Origin: Clostridia bacterium
GTDB taxonomy: Bacteria > Bacillota > Clostridia > Oscillospirales > CAG-382
Assembly (NCBI GenBank): GCA_017625615.1
Contig: JAGAKP010000060.1
Coordinates: 24,005 to 88,004, forward strand
DNA: 64,000 nucleotides
Reading direction: 5' to 3'
Below are positions 44,226-52,233 of this stretch, piece by piece. Positions within the stretch are counted from its first letter, which is position 1. Each line of letters opens with the position of its first letter. The notes under the pieces are model-generated. The model saw only the letters and a list, made by a program, of their open reading frames with translations, was not told the origin of the DNA and ran no database searches. Made by a program: the position numbers and the translations under genes.

Positions 44226-44665
44226 AGCAGACTCCCGTAAACCGTTTTAAGGCGGAATTTCCCGCAAAAAGCATAAACGAAGGCTACGCCCGTATGGTGG
44301 CGGCGGCGTTCGTATCCCAGCTCGACCCTACCGTGGCAGACCTTGCGGATATAAAGACCGCAGTCAGCGAGGCGGTGACCAACTGCATCGTCCACGCCTA
44401 CCGGGATAAGGAGGGATATTGTCCCATATACATAAGCGGTGCCTATTATGCCGACGGAAGGGTGGTCATCTCCGTGCGCGACAAGGGCTGCGGTATTTCG
44501 GATATAAAGCAGGCGGTCACGCCCCTTTTTACCACTGACCCCGCAGGTGAGCGAAGCGGAATGGGCTTTACCATTATGGAAAGCTTTTGCGATAAAATGT
44601 CGGTGTCCTCCCGCGTGGGCAAGGGGACTACGGTACGGCTGGTGAAGAAAATTGTTCGTCCGTAG
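44222..44665 (+). CDS. spoIIAB: anti-sigma F factor (serine kinase)
   Basis: HATPase boxes EAVTNCIVHA and DKGCGI. Overlaps spoIIAA by 4 nt. Confidence 0.92.
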   Translation: MKQTPVNRFKAEFPAKSINEGYARMVAAAFVSQLDPTVADLADIKTAVSEAVTNCIVHAYRDKEGYCPIYISGAYYADGRVVISVRDKGCGISDIKQAVTPLFTTDPAGERSGMGFTIMESFCDKMSVSSRVGKGTTVRLVKKIVRP

Positions 44666-45356
44666 TCCGGATACCCCGTCCCTTATCGCGGCGGCTCAGA
44701 ACGGAGATAAGGAAGCTATGGATATCCTCGTGCGGGAGAATATGGGCTTGGTAAAATCCATCGCCTTCCGCTTCCGCGACCGCGGCGAAACAGACGACCT
44801 TATACAAATAGGCGTTATAGGGCTTATAAAAGCCATACGCGGCTTTTCCTTTGCGCAGGGAACCGTTCTCTCCACTTATGCCGTTCCTTTAATAACGGGG
44901 GAAATAAAGCGTTTCCTTCGGGACGACGGCACCGTAAAGGTCTCCCGCGAATTAAAAAAGCGAGGCAGAACGGTCCTCAGGACCCGCGAGAATATAGTTG
45001 CCGAAAGGGGAGAGGAGCCTACGGTAAAGGAGCTGGCATCAAGATGCGGTCTTACCGAGGAGGAAACGCTGGAGGCGTTGGATTGCGCTCTCCCCGTCCT
45101 TTCCTTTTCCTCCCCCGTGGGTGAAAAAACGGTGGAGGAATTTATCGGCGAGGACAAAATGACACCCCTTACAGAAGTCATCGCCCTCCGCCAAGCGGTG
45201 GCGTCCTTGCCGAAAGAGGAGCGCACCCTTGTGGAATGCCGCTTTTACCGCGGGCTTTCCCAACAGCAAACGGGAGTGCTCCTCGGCTGTACGCAGGTAA
45301 AGGTTTCCCGTATGGAAAAAAGGATAATGGAAAAATTAAAAACCCTCTTGGAATAA
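44652..45356 (+). CDS. sigF: sporulation sigma factor SigF
   Basis: Motifs ENMGLVKSIAFRF, DLIQIGVIGLIKA and FLRDDGTVKVSRELKK. A TTG start at 44652 is assumed. Confidence 0.9.
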   Translation: MFVRSPDTPSLIAAAQNGDKEAMDILVRENMGLVKSIAFRFRDRGETDDLIQIGVIGLIKAIRGFSFAQGTVLSTYAVPLITGEIKRFLRDDGTVKVSRELKKRGRTVLRTRENIVAERGEEPTVKELASRCGLTEEETLEALDCALPVLSFSSPVGEKTVEEFIGEDKMTPLTEVIALRQAVASLPKEERTLVECRFYRGLSQQQTGVLLGCTQVKVSRMEKRIMEKLKTLLE

Positions 45357-45363
45357 CAAAAAG

Positions 45364-45440
45364 CACCCCAAGAAGCCCAGCGGCTTCTTGGGGACCCCGA
45401 GAAATCACCCCTAAAATGCTCCGCATTTTTGGGGACCCCA
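45364..45440 (-). repeat. two short-form repeat units in inverted orientation
   Basis: The reverse complement reads GTGGGGTCCCC AAAAATGC gga GCATTTT AGGGGTGAT, then TTCTCGGGGTCCCC AAGAAGCC gctg GGCTTCTT GGGGTG. The first unit nearly matches 7066-7104. Confidence 0.85.
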
Positions 45441-45450
45441 CAAAACAACA

Positions 45451-45477
45451 AAAAGCCGCGATTCTCTCGCGGCTTTT
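45451..45477. terminator. bidirectional terminator between sigF and the PPIase gene
   Basis: AAAAGCCGCGA ttctc TCGCGGCTTTT. Confidence 0.8.
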
Positions 45478-45481
45478 ATAT

Positions 45482-46138
45482 TTATTCGGTTCTTATGACT
45501 ATGCTTTCGATAACGGGTCTGTCTGCGGCGGCAACCGCGCCGTTATAGCCTTGAGGCACGGTTTCGCATATCTTGTCCACTATTTCCATACCGCTTACAA
45601 CGTGTCCGAATGCGGCGTACTTTCCGTCAAGACTGCCTTCGCTGTTCTGATGAACTATAAAGAACTGACTGCTTGCGCTGTTGTAATCCTGCGCACGCGC
45701 CATGGATATAACACCGCGCTTGTGGGATATGGGATTGTTGTGACCGTTAAGGGCAAATTCGCCTTTTATCTTTTGGCTTGAGCCGCCCGTTCCGTCGCCT
45801 TTGGGGTCACCGCCCTGCATCATAAAGCCTTCGATAATGCGGTGGAAGGTAAGCCCGTCATAAAATCCGCTTTGAGCAAGGGAAACGAAGTTTGCAACCG
45901 TTACGGGTGCCGCCTTCTGGTCCAATTTTACGGTAATGGTGCCGTAATCCTTTATGGTGATATCCGCGTAATAGGTTGCGTTCATATCAATTTCGGTGCT
46001 TCCCGAGCAGGAGGACACCGCAATTATAACGCCTGTAAGCAGACCTACGCACAGTACCGCAAGAAGACAGTATAAAACCGTTTTTTTACGCTGCTGTGCC
46101 TTTTGCTGCTGTGCGGCGTAGCTGTTTTTCTTTGACAT
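45482..46138 (-). CDS. membrane-anchored cyclophilin-type peptidyl-prolyl isomerase
   Basis: N-terminal TM helix, then FHRIIEGFMMQGGDP and the rest of a cyclophilin core. Confidence 0.9.
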   Translation of the reverse strand: MSKKNSYAAQQQKAQQRKKTVLYCLLAVLCVGLLTGVIIAVSSCSGSTEIDMNATYYADITIKDYGTITVKLDQKAAPVTVANFVSLAQSGFYDGLTFHRIIEGFMMQGGDPKGDGTGGSSQKIKGEFALNGHNNPISHKRGVISMARAQDYNSASSQFFIVHQNSEGSLDGKYAAFGHVVSGMEIVDKICETVPQGYNGAVAAADRPVIESIVIRTE

Positions 46139-46181
46139 AAAATAATTCCTTTCGAAATCTTTGTTATTATGGTGGTTTTTC

Positions 46182-46251
46182 GGGCGATTCGTGAATCGCC
46201 CCTACGAACAACAGCCGATATAGCTGTGTAGGGGTGCATCACGATGCGCCC
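46182..46251. repeat. inverted pair of REP-like hairpins with CTAC/GTAG tails
   Basis: GGGCGATT cgtg AATCGCCC-CTAC (46182-46205) and GTAG-GGGTGCAT cacg ATGCGCCC (46228-46251). An ACAGC/GCTGT hairpin lies between them. Confidence 0.8.
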
Positions 46252-46258
46252 GTTATTG

Positions 46259-46297
46259 TCGGGGTCCCCACGAAGCCGTATGGCTTCGCGGGGTGAT
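46259..46297 (+). repeat. short-form repeat unit abutting the rsmI stop codon
   Basis: TCGGGGTCCCC ACGAAGCC gtat GGCTTCGC GGGGTGAT, followed directly by TTA (the rsmI stop on the minus strand). Confidence 0.85.
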
Positions 46298-47128
46298 TTA
46301 GTTTAACTCTTTGTAGATTTCGTTTTTGGGAACGCCGCGGTCCTTTGCGACTGCCTTTGTAGCGTCCATTTTTGAAAGTCCCATTTTTACGTAATATTCA
46401 AAATGCTGTGTCACCGTCATATCCGCCCAGAACATATCCGTTTCGTCAGCCTCGTAGCCGTGGACTATCAGCACGAATTCACCCTTGGGGTTTATTTCTC
46501 CGCTTTTAAAGCCTTCCTTTATTTCGGAAAGGGAAAGGGAAAAATATTTTTCGTTTATTTTGGTTATCTCCTTTGCCAATACCGCTTCTCTGTCGCCAAA
46601 ATAGGCAATAAGATCGGTAAGGTCCTTTTCCGTATCGTGAGGGGACACGTGGAATATCATGGTGCGTGTGTCCTTGCACACCGAGCGGAGGTATTCCTCT
46701 CGCTCCTTGTTGGATTGAGGCAAAAATCCCTCAAAGGAAAACCGTCTGGAGGGCATTCCGCTGGCAGAAAGTGCCGTTATTGCGGCGCAGGGACCGGGCA
46801 GTGCAACCACGTTTATGCCTGCCTTGCGGCATTTCCGCACAAGATCCTCTCCGGGGTCGGACACAGCGGGTGTGCCCGCGTCGGTAACCAAGGCGCAGTC
46901 CTCGCCGTCAAGAATACGGTTTACTATTGCCTTTCCGCTTTTTTCCTTGTTATGCTCGTGATAGCTTACAAGGGTGGAATGAATATCCAGAAGCTGTAAC
47001 AGACGCCCGCTTACACGGGTGTCCTCCGCCGCGATAAAGTGGACCTTTTCAAGTGTCTCCTTTGCGCGTGCGGTTATATCGCTCATATTTCCGATAGGGG
47101 TGGGGACAACGTAAAGTGTACCTGCCAT
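46298..47128 (-). CDS. rsmI: 16S rRNA (cytidine1402-2'-O)-methyltransferase
   Basis: 276 aa. GTLYVVPTPIGN N-terminus on a tetrapyrrole-methylase fold. Confidence 0.9.
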   Translation of the reverse strand: MAGTLYVVPTPIGNMSDITARAKETLEKVHFIAAEDTRVSGRLLQLLDIHSTLVSYHEHNKEKSGKAIVNRILDGEDCALVTDAGTPAVSDPGEDLVRKCRKAGINVVALPGPCAAITALSASGMPSRRFSFEGFLPQSNKEREEYLRSVCKDTRTMIFHVSPHDTEKDLTDLIAYFGDREAVLAKEITKINEKYFSLSLSEIKEGFKSGEINPKGEFVLIVHGYEADETDMFWADMTVTQHFEYYVKMGLSKMDATKAVAKDRGVPKNEIYKELN

Positions 47129-47131
47129 TTT

Positions 47132-49612
47132 TTATTCTCCCTTCGCCTCAAACCAATTTTTGCCTATATGTGCGTCAACGGACATAGGCACCTTAAGGTC
47201 GCACGCCTTTTCCATACAGGAAACGAGTATTTCCATTGCCTTTTGGGCATCGCTTTCCTTGGCTTCCACGATAAGCTCGTCGTGCACCTGAAGTATGAGC
47301 CGCGCATCCAAGCCCGATTGGCTCAACGCCTTTTCCGTTTTGACCATTGCGATTTTAATTATATCCGCCGCCGTGCCCTGAATGGGTGTGTTCATCGCCA
47401 CACGTTCGCCGAAAGCGCGCAAATTCGCCTTGGGAGAACGCAATTCGGGGATATTTCTCCGTCTGCCGAACAGAGTGGTAACGTAGCCCGCTTCCTTTGC
47501 ATTTTCCTTGCAGGAATCAAGATATTCCTTTATCTTCGGATATCTTGCAAAGTAGGTGTTGATATATTCGCTTGCCTCCTTGCGGGTAACTCCGATATCG
47601 TCGGCAAGAGAAAACGCCGATATTCCGTACACTATTCCGAAATTTACCGCCTTTGCGTGCTTACGCATTGCGGGGGTTACCATATTTACGGGGATGCCGA
47701 ACACCTCGGATGCGGTAAGGGTGTGGATATCCTCTCCGCTGATAAAGGCTTGTATCAGCTTTTCGTCACCGGAAACCGCCGCAAGCACACGCAATTCGAT
47801 CTGGGAATAGTCCGCGTCGATAAGTGTCATTCCCTCGGGTGCTATAAAAAATCTGCGCATTTCTCTGCCCAATTCGGTGCGTACGGGGATATTCTGCAAA
47901 TTGGGCTCAACGGAAGAAAGACGTCCCGTCTGCGTAAGTGTCTGTCGGAAGGTGGTGTGTATGCGTCCGTCCGATGGATCTATAACCGCAAGCATACCGT
48001 CGGTATAGGTGCCCTTCAGCTTTGCAAGGGTGCGGTAATGAAGGATATAGTCCACTATTTCGTGGCGGTCTCTTAATTTTTCAAGTACCTCCGCATCGGT
48101 GGAATATCCGTTTTTGTTCTTTTTGTTCTTGGGTGCGGGAAGTCCAAGCACCTCGAAAAGAATGTGCCCAAGCTGCTTGGGGGAATTGATATTGAATTCC
48201 TCGCCCGCGCAGAAATATATTGAGCTTTCAAGCTCCTTTATGCTTTTGGATAAAAGAATGCCGAAATCGGTTATGCCCTTTTCGTCAACGGAAAAGCCGC
48301 GCTTTTCCATATTGTAAAGCACCTTTGCAAGGGGCAGTTCGGTCTCCTCGTAAAGCGCGACCTGCTCCTGCGCTTCCAGCACCTTGTACGCTTCCTCCGC
48401 AATTTTTGGGAGGCAGGCAAGGGTATCGGGCACCGTATCCGCGCCCAGATATGCCGTCGCCGCCTTTTGCAGGGTTATACCGCTGTCCGCAGGGGAGGAA
48501 ACGTAGCACATAAGTGAAACGTCGCCTGCGAAATCCGAATACTCCACGCCGATTTTATCAAGTGCGTGCATGGTATCCTTTACCGACCACGCGTATACGT
48601 TTTTAAGATCCTTTATTTCCTCGGGGTTCAGTATAATATACTTTTCCCCGTCGGTGGCGTACAGCTTGCCTTCGCGAAGCTCAACGTAAATTTTCTTTTC
48701 CTTGTCAAGCGTATCTGCATTTCCTTCGGTAAAGGTCACCTCGGGAAGCTCTTTCGCGGTGGGAGTAAGCGCCATACGCTCTATAAGTGAAGTAAACTCA
48801 AGCTCGGTAAACAGCTCTATAAGACCGTCCGGATCCTTGCCGGAGTAGACGTAGCCTTCAAGGTCAGTGTCAATGGGCGCATCAAGACGGATGGTGGCAA
48901 GAAATTTGCTTTCGTATGCGCTGTCCTTACCGTCGATGATCTTTTTGCCCGTGGAGCCGGAAATTTCCGCCGCGTGCTCGTAAATACCGTCAAGAGTGCC
49001 GTATTCCTTAAGCAGCTTTACCGCGCCCTTTTCGCCTATTCCCGGTACGCCCTTTATATTATCGGAGCTGTCGCCCATAAGCGCCTTAAGGTCAATAAGC
49101 TTTTCGGGAGGAATACCGTATTTTTCGGTAACCGCCTCCGTATCCATTATCTGTGTTTCGTTGGTGGATGCAAGATACACCACCGTGCCACCGCCTACAA
49201 GCTGAAGGCTGTCACGGTCTCCCGTAACTATAACGCATTCCACGCCCTCTTTTTTTGCGGCTGCGGAAAGGGTGCCCAGCACATCGTCAGCCTCAAAGCC
49301 CTCGCAGGTGGTTATTTTAAGTCCCAAGCCCGCAGCGGCGCGGTATGCGTAAGGCATCTGCTGTGCAAGATCCTCGGGCATACCCTTCCTGGTGGCTTTA
49401 TAGCTGTCCACCGCCTTGTGACGGAAGGTCTTTTTGGGCAAATCGAAAGCTATGGCGGCGTAATCCGGTTGGACCGCCGCCATATTTTTCTCTATAATAT
49501 TTATAAATCCGAGTACCGCGTTGGTGGGAATACCGCTTTTTGTGGTCAGCGGGCGTATACCGTAATAAGCGCGGTTGAGTATGCTGTTTCCGTCAAAGAC
49601 GATAAACTTCAT
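47132..49612 (-). CDS. polA: DNA polymerase I
   Basis: 826 aa. A 5' nuclease domain plus pol motifs DYSQIELRVLA, RKHAKAVNFGIVYG and LQVHDELIVE. Confidence 0.95.
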   Translation of the reverse strand: MKFIVFDGNSILNRAYYGIRPLTTKSGIPTNAVLGFINIIEKNMAAVQPDYAAIAFDLPKKTFRHKAVDSYKATRKGMPEDLAQQMPYAYRAAAGLGLKITTCEGFEADDVLGTLSAAAKKEGVECVIVTGDRDSLQLVGGGTVVYLASTNETQIMDTEAVTEKYGIPPEKLIDLKALMGDSSDNIKGVPGIGEKGAVKLLKEYGTLDGIYEHAAEISGSTGKKIIDGKDSAYESKFLATIRLDAPIDTDLEGYVYSGKDPDGLIELFTELEFTSLIERMALTPTAKELPEVTFTEGNADTLDKEKKIYVELREGKLYATDGEKYIILNPEEIKDLKNVYAWSVKDTMHALDKIGVEYSDFAGDVSLMCYVSSPADSGITLQKAATAYLGADTVPDTLACLPKIAEEAYKVLEAQEQVALYEETELPLAKVLYNMEKRGFSVDEKGITDFGILLSKSIKELESSIYFCAGEEFNINSPKQLGHILFEVLGLPAPKNKKNKNGYSTDAEVLEKLRDRHEIVDYILHYRTLAKLKGTYTDGMLAVIDPSDGRIHTTFRQTLTQTGRLSSVEPNLQNIPVRTELGREMRRFFIAPEGMTLIDADYSQIELRVLAAVSGDEKLIQAFISGEDIHTLTASEVFGIPVNMVTPAMRKHAKAVNFGIVYGISAFSLADDIGVTRKEASEYINTYFARYPKIKEYLDSCKENAKEAGYVTTLFGRRRNIPELRSPKANLRAFGERVAMNTPIQGTAADIIKIAMVKTEKALSQSGLDARLILQVHDELIVEAKESDAQKAMEILVSCMEKACDLKVPMSVDAHIGKNWFEAKGE

Positions 49613-49636
49613 ATTTTACCCCTTTTTATTGTTTTT

Positions 49637-50788
49637 TCAGAGAAGAATTACTTTTCTTATACCTGCAATGGCAGATATCTTTTCGCAAATTTCATCGTCA
49701 ACGTTATCGTTGGTCTCAAACATAGCCACACCGTTGGTGCCCTTGGAGGAGGACATCATGTGCTCGATGTTGATATGGACCGCAGAGAATACGGAGGATG
49801 CCTGCGCGATCATATTGGGCACGTTTTCGTGAAGCACCACGATTCTGTGCTGTGCGCCTCTGGGCATGGAAATTGCGGGATAGTTTACGCTGTTTTTGAT
49901 ATTACCGTTAAGGAGGTAATCAACAAGCTGGTTTGCCGCCATTTCAGCGCAGTTTTCTTCACTTTCGGGAGTGGATGCGCCGAGGTGGGGGATGCATATA
50001 ACGTTCTTTTTGCCGATCAGCTTTTCATCGGGGAAATCGGTAACGTAGCAGGCAACCTTGCCGCTTTCGATAGCCGCAAGAATATCGTCGGTAACCACGA
50101 TATTTCCGCGGGAAAGGTTGATAATACGGACGCCGTCCTTCATTTTTGCAATGGTTTCGGCGTTTATCATACCGATAGTATCCTTAACGGAGGGTACGTG
50201 AACGGTAATGTAATCACACTGGGGATACAGATCGTCGTAGGTATCGGCCTTAACGACCTTGCGGGACAGCGACCAAGCGGCGGAAACCGTCATAAAGGGG
50301 TCACAGCCCATAACCTTCATACCGAGAGATTCTGCGGCGTTGGCAACGGGACCGCCGATAGCGCCCAAGCCGATAACGCCAAGAGTTTTTCCCTTTATTT
50401 CGGGACCTGCAAACGCGCTCTTTCCCTTTTCGACCTGCTTGGGAACGTCGTCACCCGTAAGGGTGGATGCCCACGCAATGCCGTCAGTTATCTTTCTGGA
50501 GGAAAGGAGAAGGGCTGCAATAGCCAATTCCTTTACGCCGTTTGCGTTTGCGCCGGGGGTGTTGAATACTACTATACCCTCCTGCGCACAGCGGTCAAGA
50601 GGAATATTGTTTACGCCTGCGCCTGCGCGTGCAATAGCCTTGAGGGAAGCGGGAAACTCTGCTTCCAAAAGGGAAGCACTGCGTACCATGTACGCATCGG
50701 GCGCTTCAATTTCCTCACCGTAAGCAAATCTGTCGTCAAATACGTTGAGACCTGCTTTGTCTATTTTGTTTATAAGCTTAATATTCAT
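49637..50788 (-). CDS. serA: D-3-phosphoglycerate dehydrogenase
   Basis: 2-hydroxyacid dehydrogenase fold with GVIGLGAIGGPVA and a C-terminal ACT-like tail. Overlaps serC by 4 nt. Confidence 0.85.
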   Translation of the reverse strand: MNIKLINKIDKAGLNVFDDRFAYGEEIEAPDAYMVRSASLLEAEFPASLKAIARAGAGVNNIPLDRCAQEGIVVFNTPGANANGVKELAIAALLLSSRKITDGIAWASTLTGDDVPKQVEKGKSAFAGPEIKGKTLGVIGLGAIGGPVANAAESLGMKVMGCDPFMTVSAAWSLSRKVVKADTYDDLYPQCDYITVHVPSVKDTIGMINAETIAKMKDGVRIINLSRGNIVVTDDILAAIESGKVACYVTDFPDEKLIGKKNVICIPHLGASTPESEENCAEMAANQLVDYLLNGNIKNSVNYPAISMPRGAQHRIVVLHENVPNMIAQASSVFSAVHINIEHMMSSSKGTNGVAMFETNDNVDDEICEKISAIAGIRKVILL

Positions 50789-51861
50789 TTTTTGCTCCTC
50801 TCGAATTCTGCCATAAATTCGGTAAGCGCCTTTACGCCCTCAGCGGGCATTGCGTTGTAAATGGATGCGCGCATACCGCCTACGGAACGGTGTCCCTTAA
50901 GATTTTCAAAGCCCGCCTTCTTTGCGGCGGAAACGAACTCCTTGTCCAATTCTGCATCGCCGGTAACGAAGCATACGTTCATAATGGAACGGAACTCCTT
51001 GTCTGCGGTGGGCTTGAACATTTCGGATGCATCAAGGTAATCGTAAAGCACCTTTGCCTTGGCTACGTTGCGTCTTTCTATCTCCTTAAGACCGCCCATA
51101 TCAAGAAGCCACTTGAATACCAGACCTGCAACGTAAATGGAATAGCAGGGAGGTGTGTTGTACATAGAGCCGTTGTCTGCCTGAATCTTGTAATCAAGCA
51201 TAACGGGAGTGCCTTCTCTTGCGTTGCCGATAAGGTCGTCTCTTACAATAACCACGGTAAGACCGGAGGGGCCCATATTCTTTTGTGCGCCCGCATAAAG
51301 GAGACCGAACTTGGTTACGTCTATGGGACGGGAGAGTATGCAGGAGGATACGTCTGCTACCAAGGGGATATCGCCCGTTTCGGGAATATAATCGTAGGTA
51401 GTGCCGTAAATGGTATTGTTCATACAGATGTGAACGTAATCCGCGTCGGTCGAGAAGGTATCAACGTGAGGAACGTATGCAAAGTTTCTGTCCTTGGAGG
51501 AAGCAATAACGTTTACCTCGCCGTATTTAGCCGCTTCGTCAGCCGCTTTTTTGGAAAACTGACCGGATACGATATAATCTGCCTTTTTATTCTTGTTCAT
51601 AAGATTAAGGGGCACTGCGGAAAACTGTGTGGTAGCACCGCCCTGCAGGAAGAGCACGCGGTAATTATCGGGTATCTCCATAAGTGCGCGGAGGTCTGCC
51701 TCTGCTTGTTTAATTATATTATCGTAAACCGGTGATCGGTGACTCATCTCCATTACGGAACACCCACTGCCGTTGTAATCCAGCATTTGGTCAGCGGCTT
51801 GTTCAAGAACCTCAATGGGAAGCATAGAAGGTCCTGCGGAGAAGTTGTAAATTCTTTTCAT
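50785..51861 (-). CDS. serC: phosphoserine aminotransferase
   Basis: 358 aa. N-terminus YNFSAGPSMLP, class V aminotransferase. Confidence 0.93.
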   Translation of the reverse strand: MKRIYNFSAGPSMLPIEVLEQAADQMLDYNGSGCSVMEMSHRSPVYDNIIKQAEADLRALMEIPDNYRVLFLQGGATTQFSAVPLNLMNKNKKADYIVSGQFSKKAADEAAKYGEVNVIASSKDRNFAYVPHVDTFSTDADYVHICMNNTIYGTTYDYIPETGDIPLVADVSSCILSRPIDVTKFGLLYAGAQKNMGPSGLTVVIVRDDLIGNAREGTPVMLDYKIQADNGSMYNTPPCYSIYVAGLVFKWLLDMGGLKEIERRNVAKAKVLYDYLDASEMFKPTADKEFRSIMNVCFVTGDAELDKEFVSAAKKAGFENLKGHRSVGGMRASIYNAMPAEGVKALTEFMAEFERSKK

Positions 51862-51994
51862 AGCATTTTCACCCTTTTTCGGTTTATAAATTTTCAGTTA
51901 TACTGAATAATAATTTATTATATTACATTTTATCGGTTAAGTCAACCCCTTAAACGTGATTATATATAAATAATAGAATTATATTCGTCTTGTG

Positions 51995-52023
51995 TTGACA
52001 AATCCGGCACAATGTTATATACT
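51995..52023 (+). promoter_or_regulatory. sigma-A promoter of the leader / lectin-protease operon
   Basis: TTGACA (51995-52000), 17-nt spacer, TATACT (52018-52023). Confidence 0.65.
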
Positions 52024-52056
52024 ATTACCATAAAAAGGAAAAGGAGTGGTGTTTAT

Positions 52057-52158
52057 ATGGTTAAAAACATATTTTTCAAAGTCGGTTTATGCCTGCACGC
52101 ATACTTCTTTCCTCTCGAAAAGAGGTATTCGTTAAAAATTGTTTCTTCCTGCGCATAA
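52057..52158 (+). CDS. 33-codon leader ORF (MVKNIFFKVGLCLHAYFFPLEKRYSLKIVSSCA)
   Basis: AAGGAG RBS 10 nt upstream. The stop codon TAA (52156-52158) lies inside the 5' arm of the terminator. Confidence 0.35.
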   Translation: MVKNIFFKVGLCLHAYFFPLEKRYSLKIVSSCA

Positions 52159-52192
52159 ACCGCTTTGCTGCTGTCGGTTTATGCGCTTTTTT
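52151..52192 (+). terminator. intrinsic terminator / attenuator upstream of the 525-aa gene
   Basis: GCGCATAAACCG (52151-52162) pairs with CGGTTTATGCGC (52175-52186), followed by T6. An upstream copy GTCGGTTTATGC (52081-52092) can pair with the same 5' arm. Confidence 0.7.
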
Positions 52193-52233
52193 GTTTTAAT
52201 TGTACTTTTAAAACTTAAAAAGGAGGAACCAAA

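Noticed and set aside
48974-50860. 628-aa plus-strand ORF, the longest unassigned ORF in the track
   Set aside because: It lies antisense to polA and serA, both of which carry unmistakable conserved motifs. Its translation is low-complexity (G/V/F/C-rich) with no RBS. This is a typical shadow ORF of GC-biased coding sequence.
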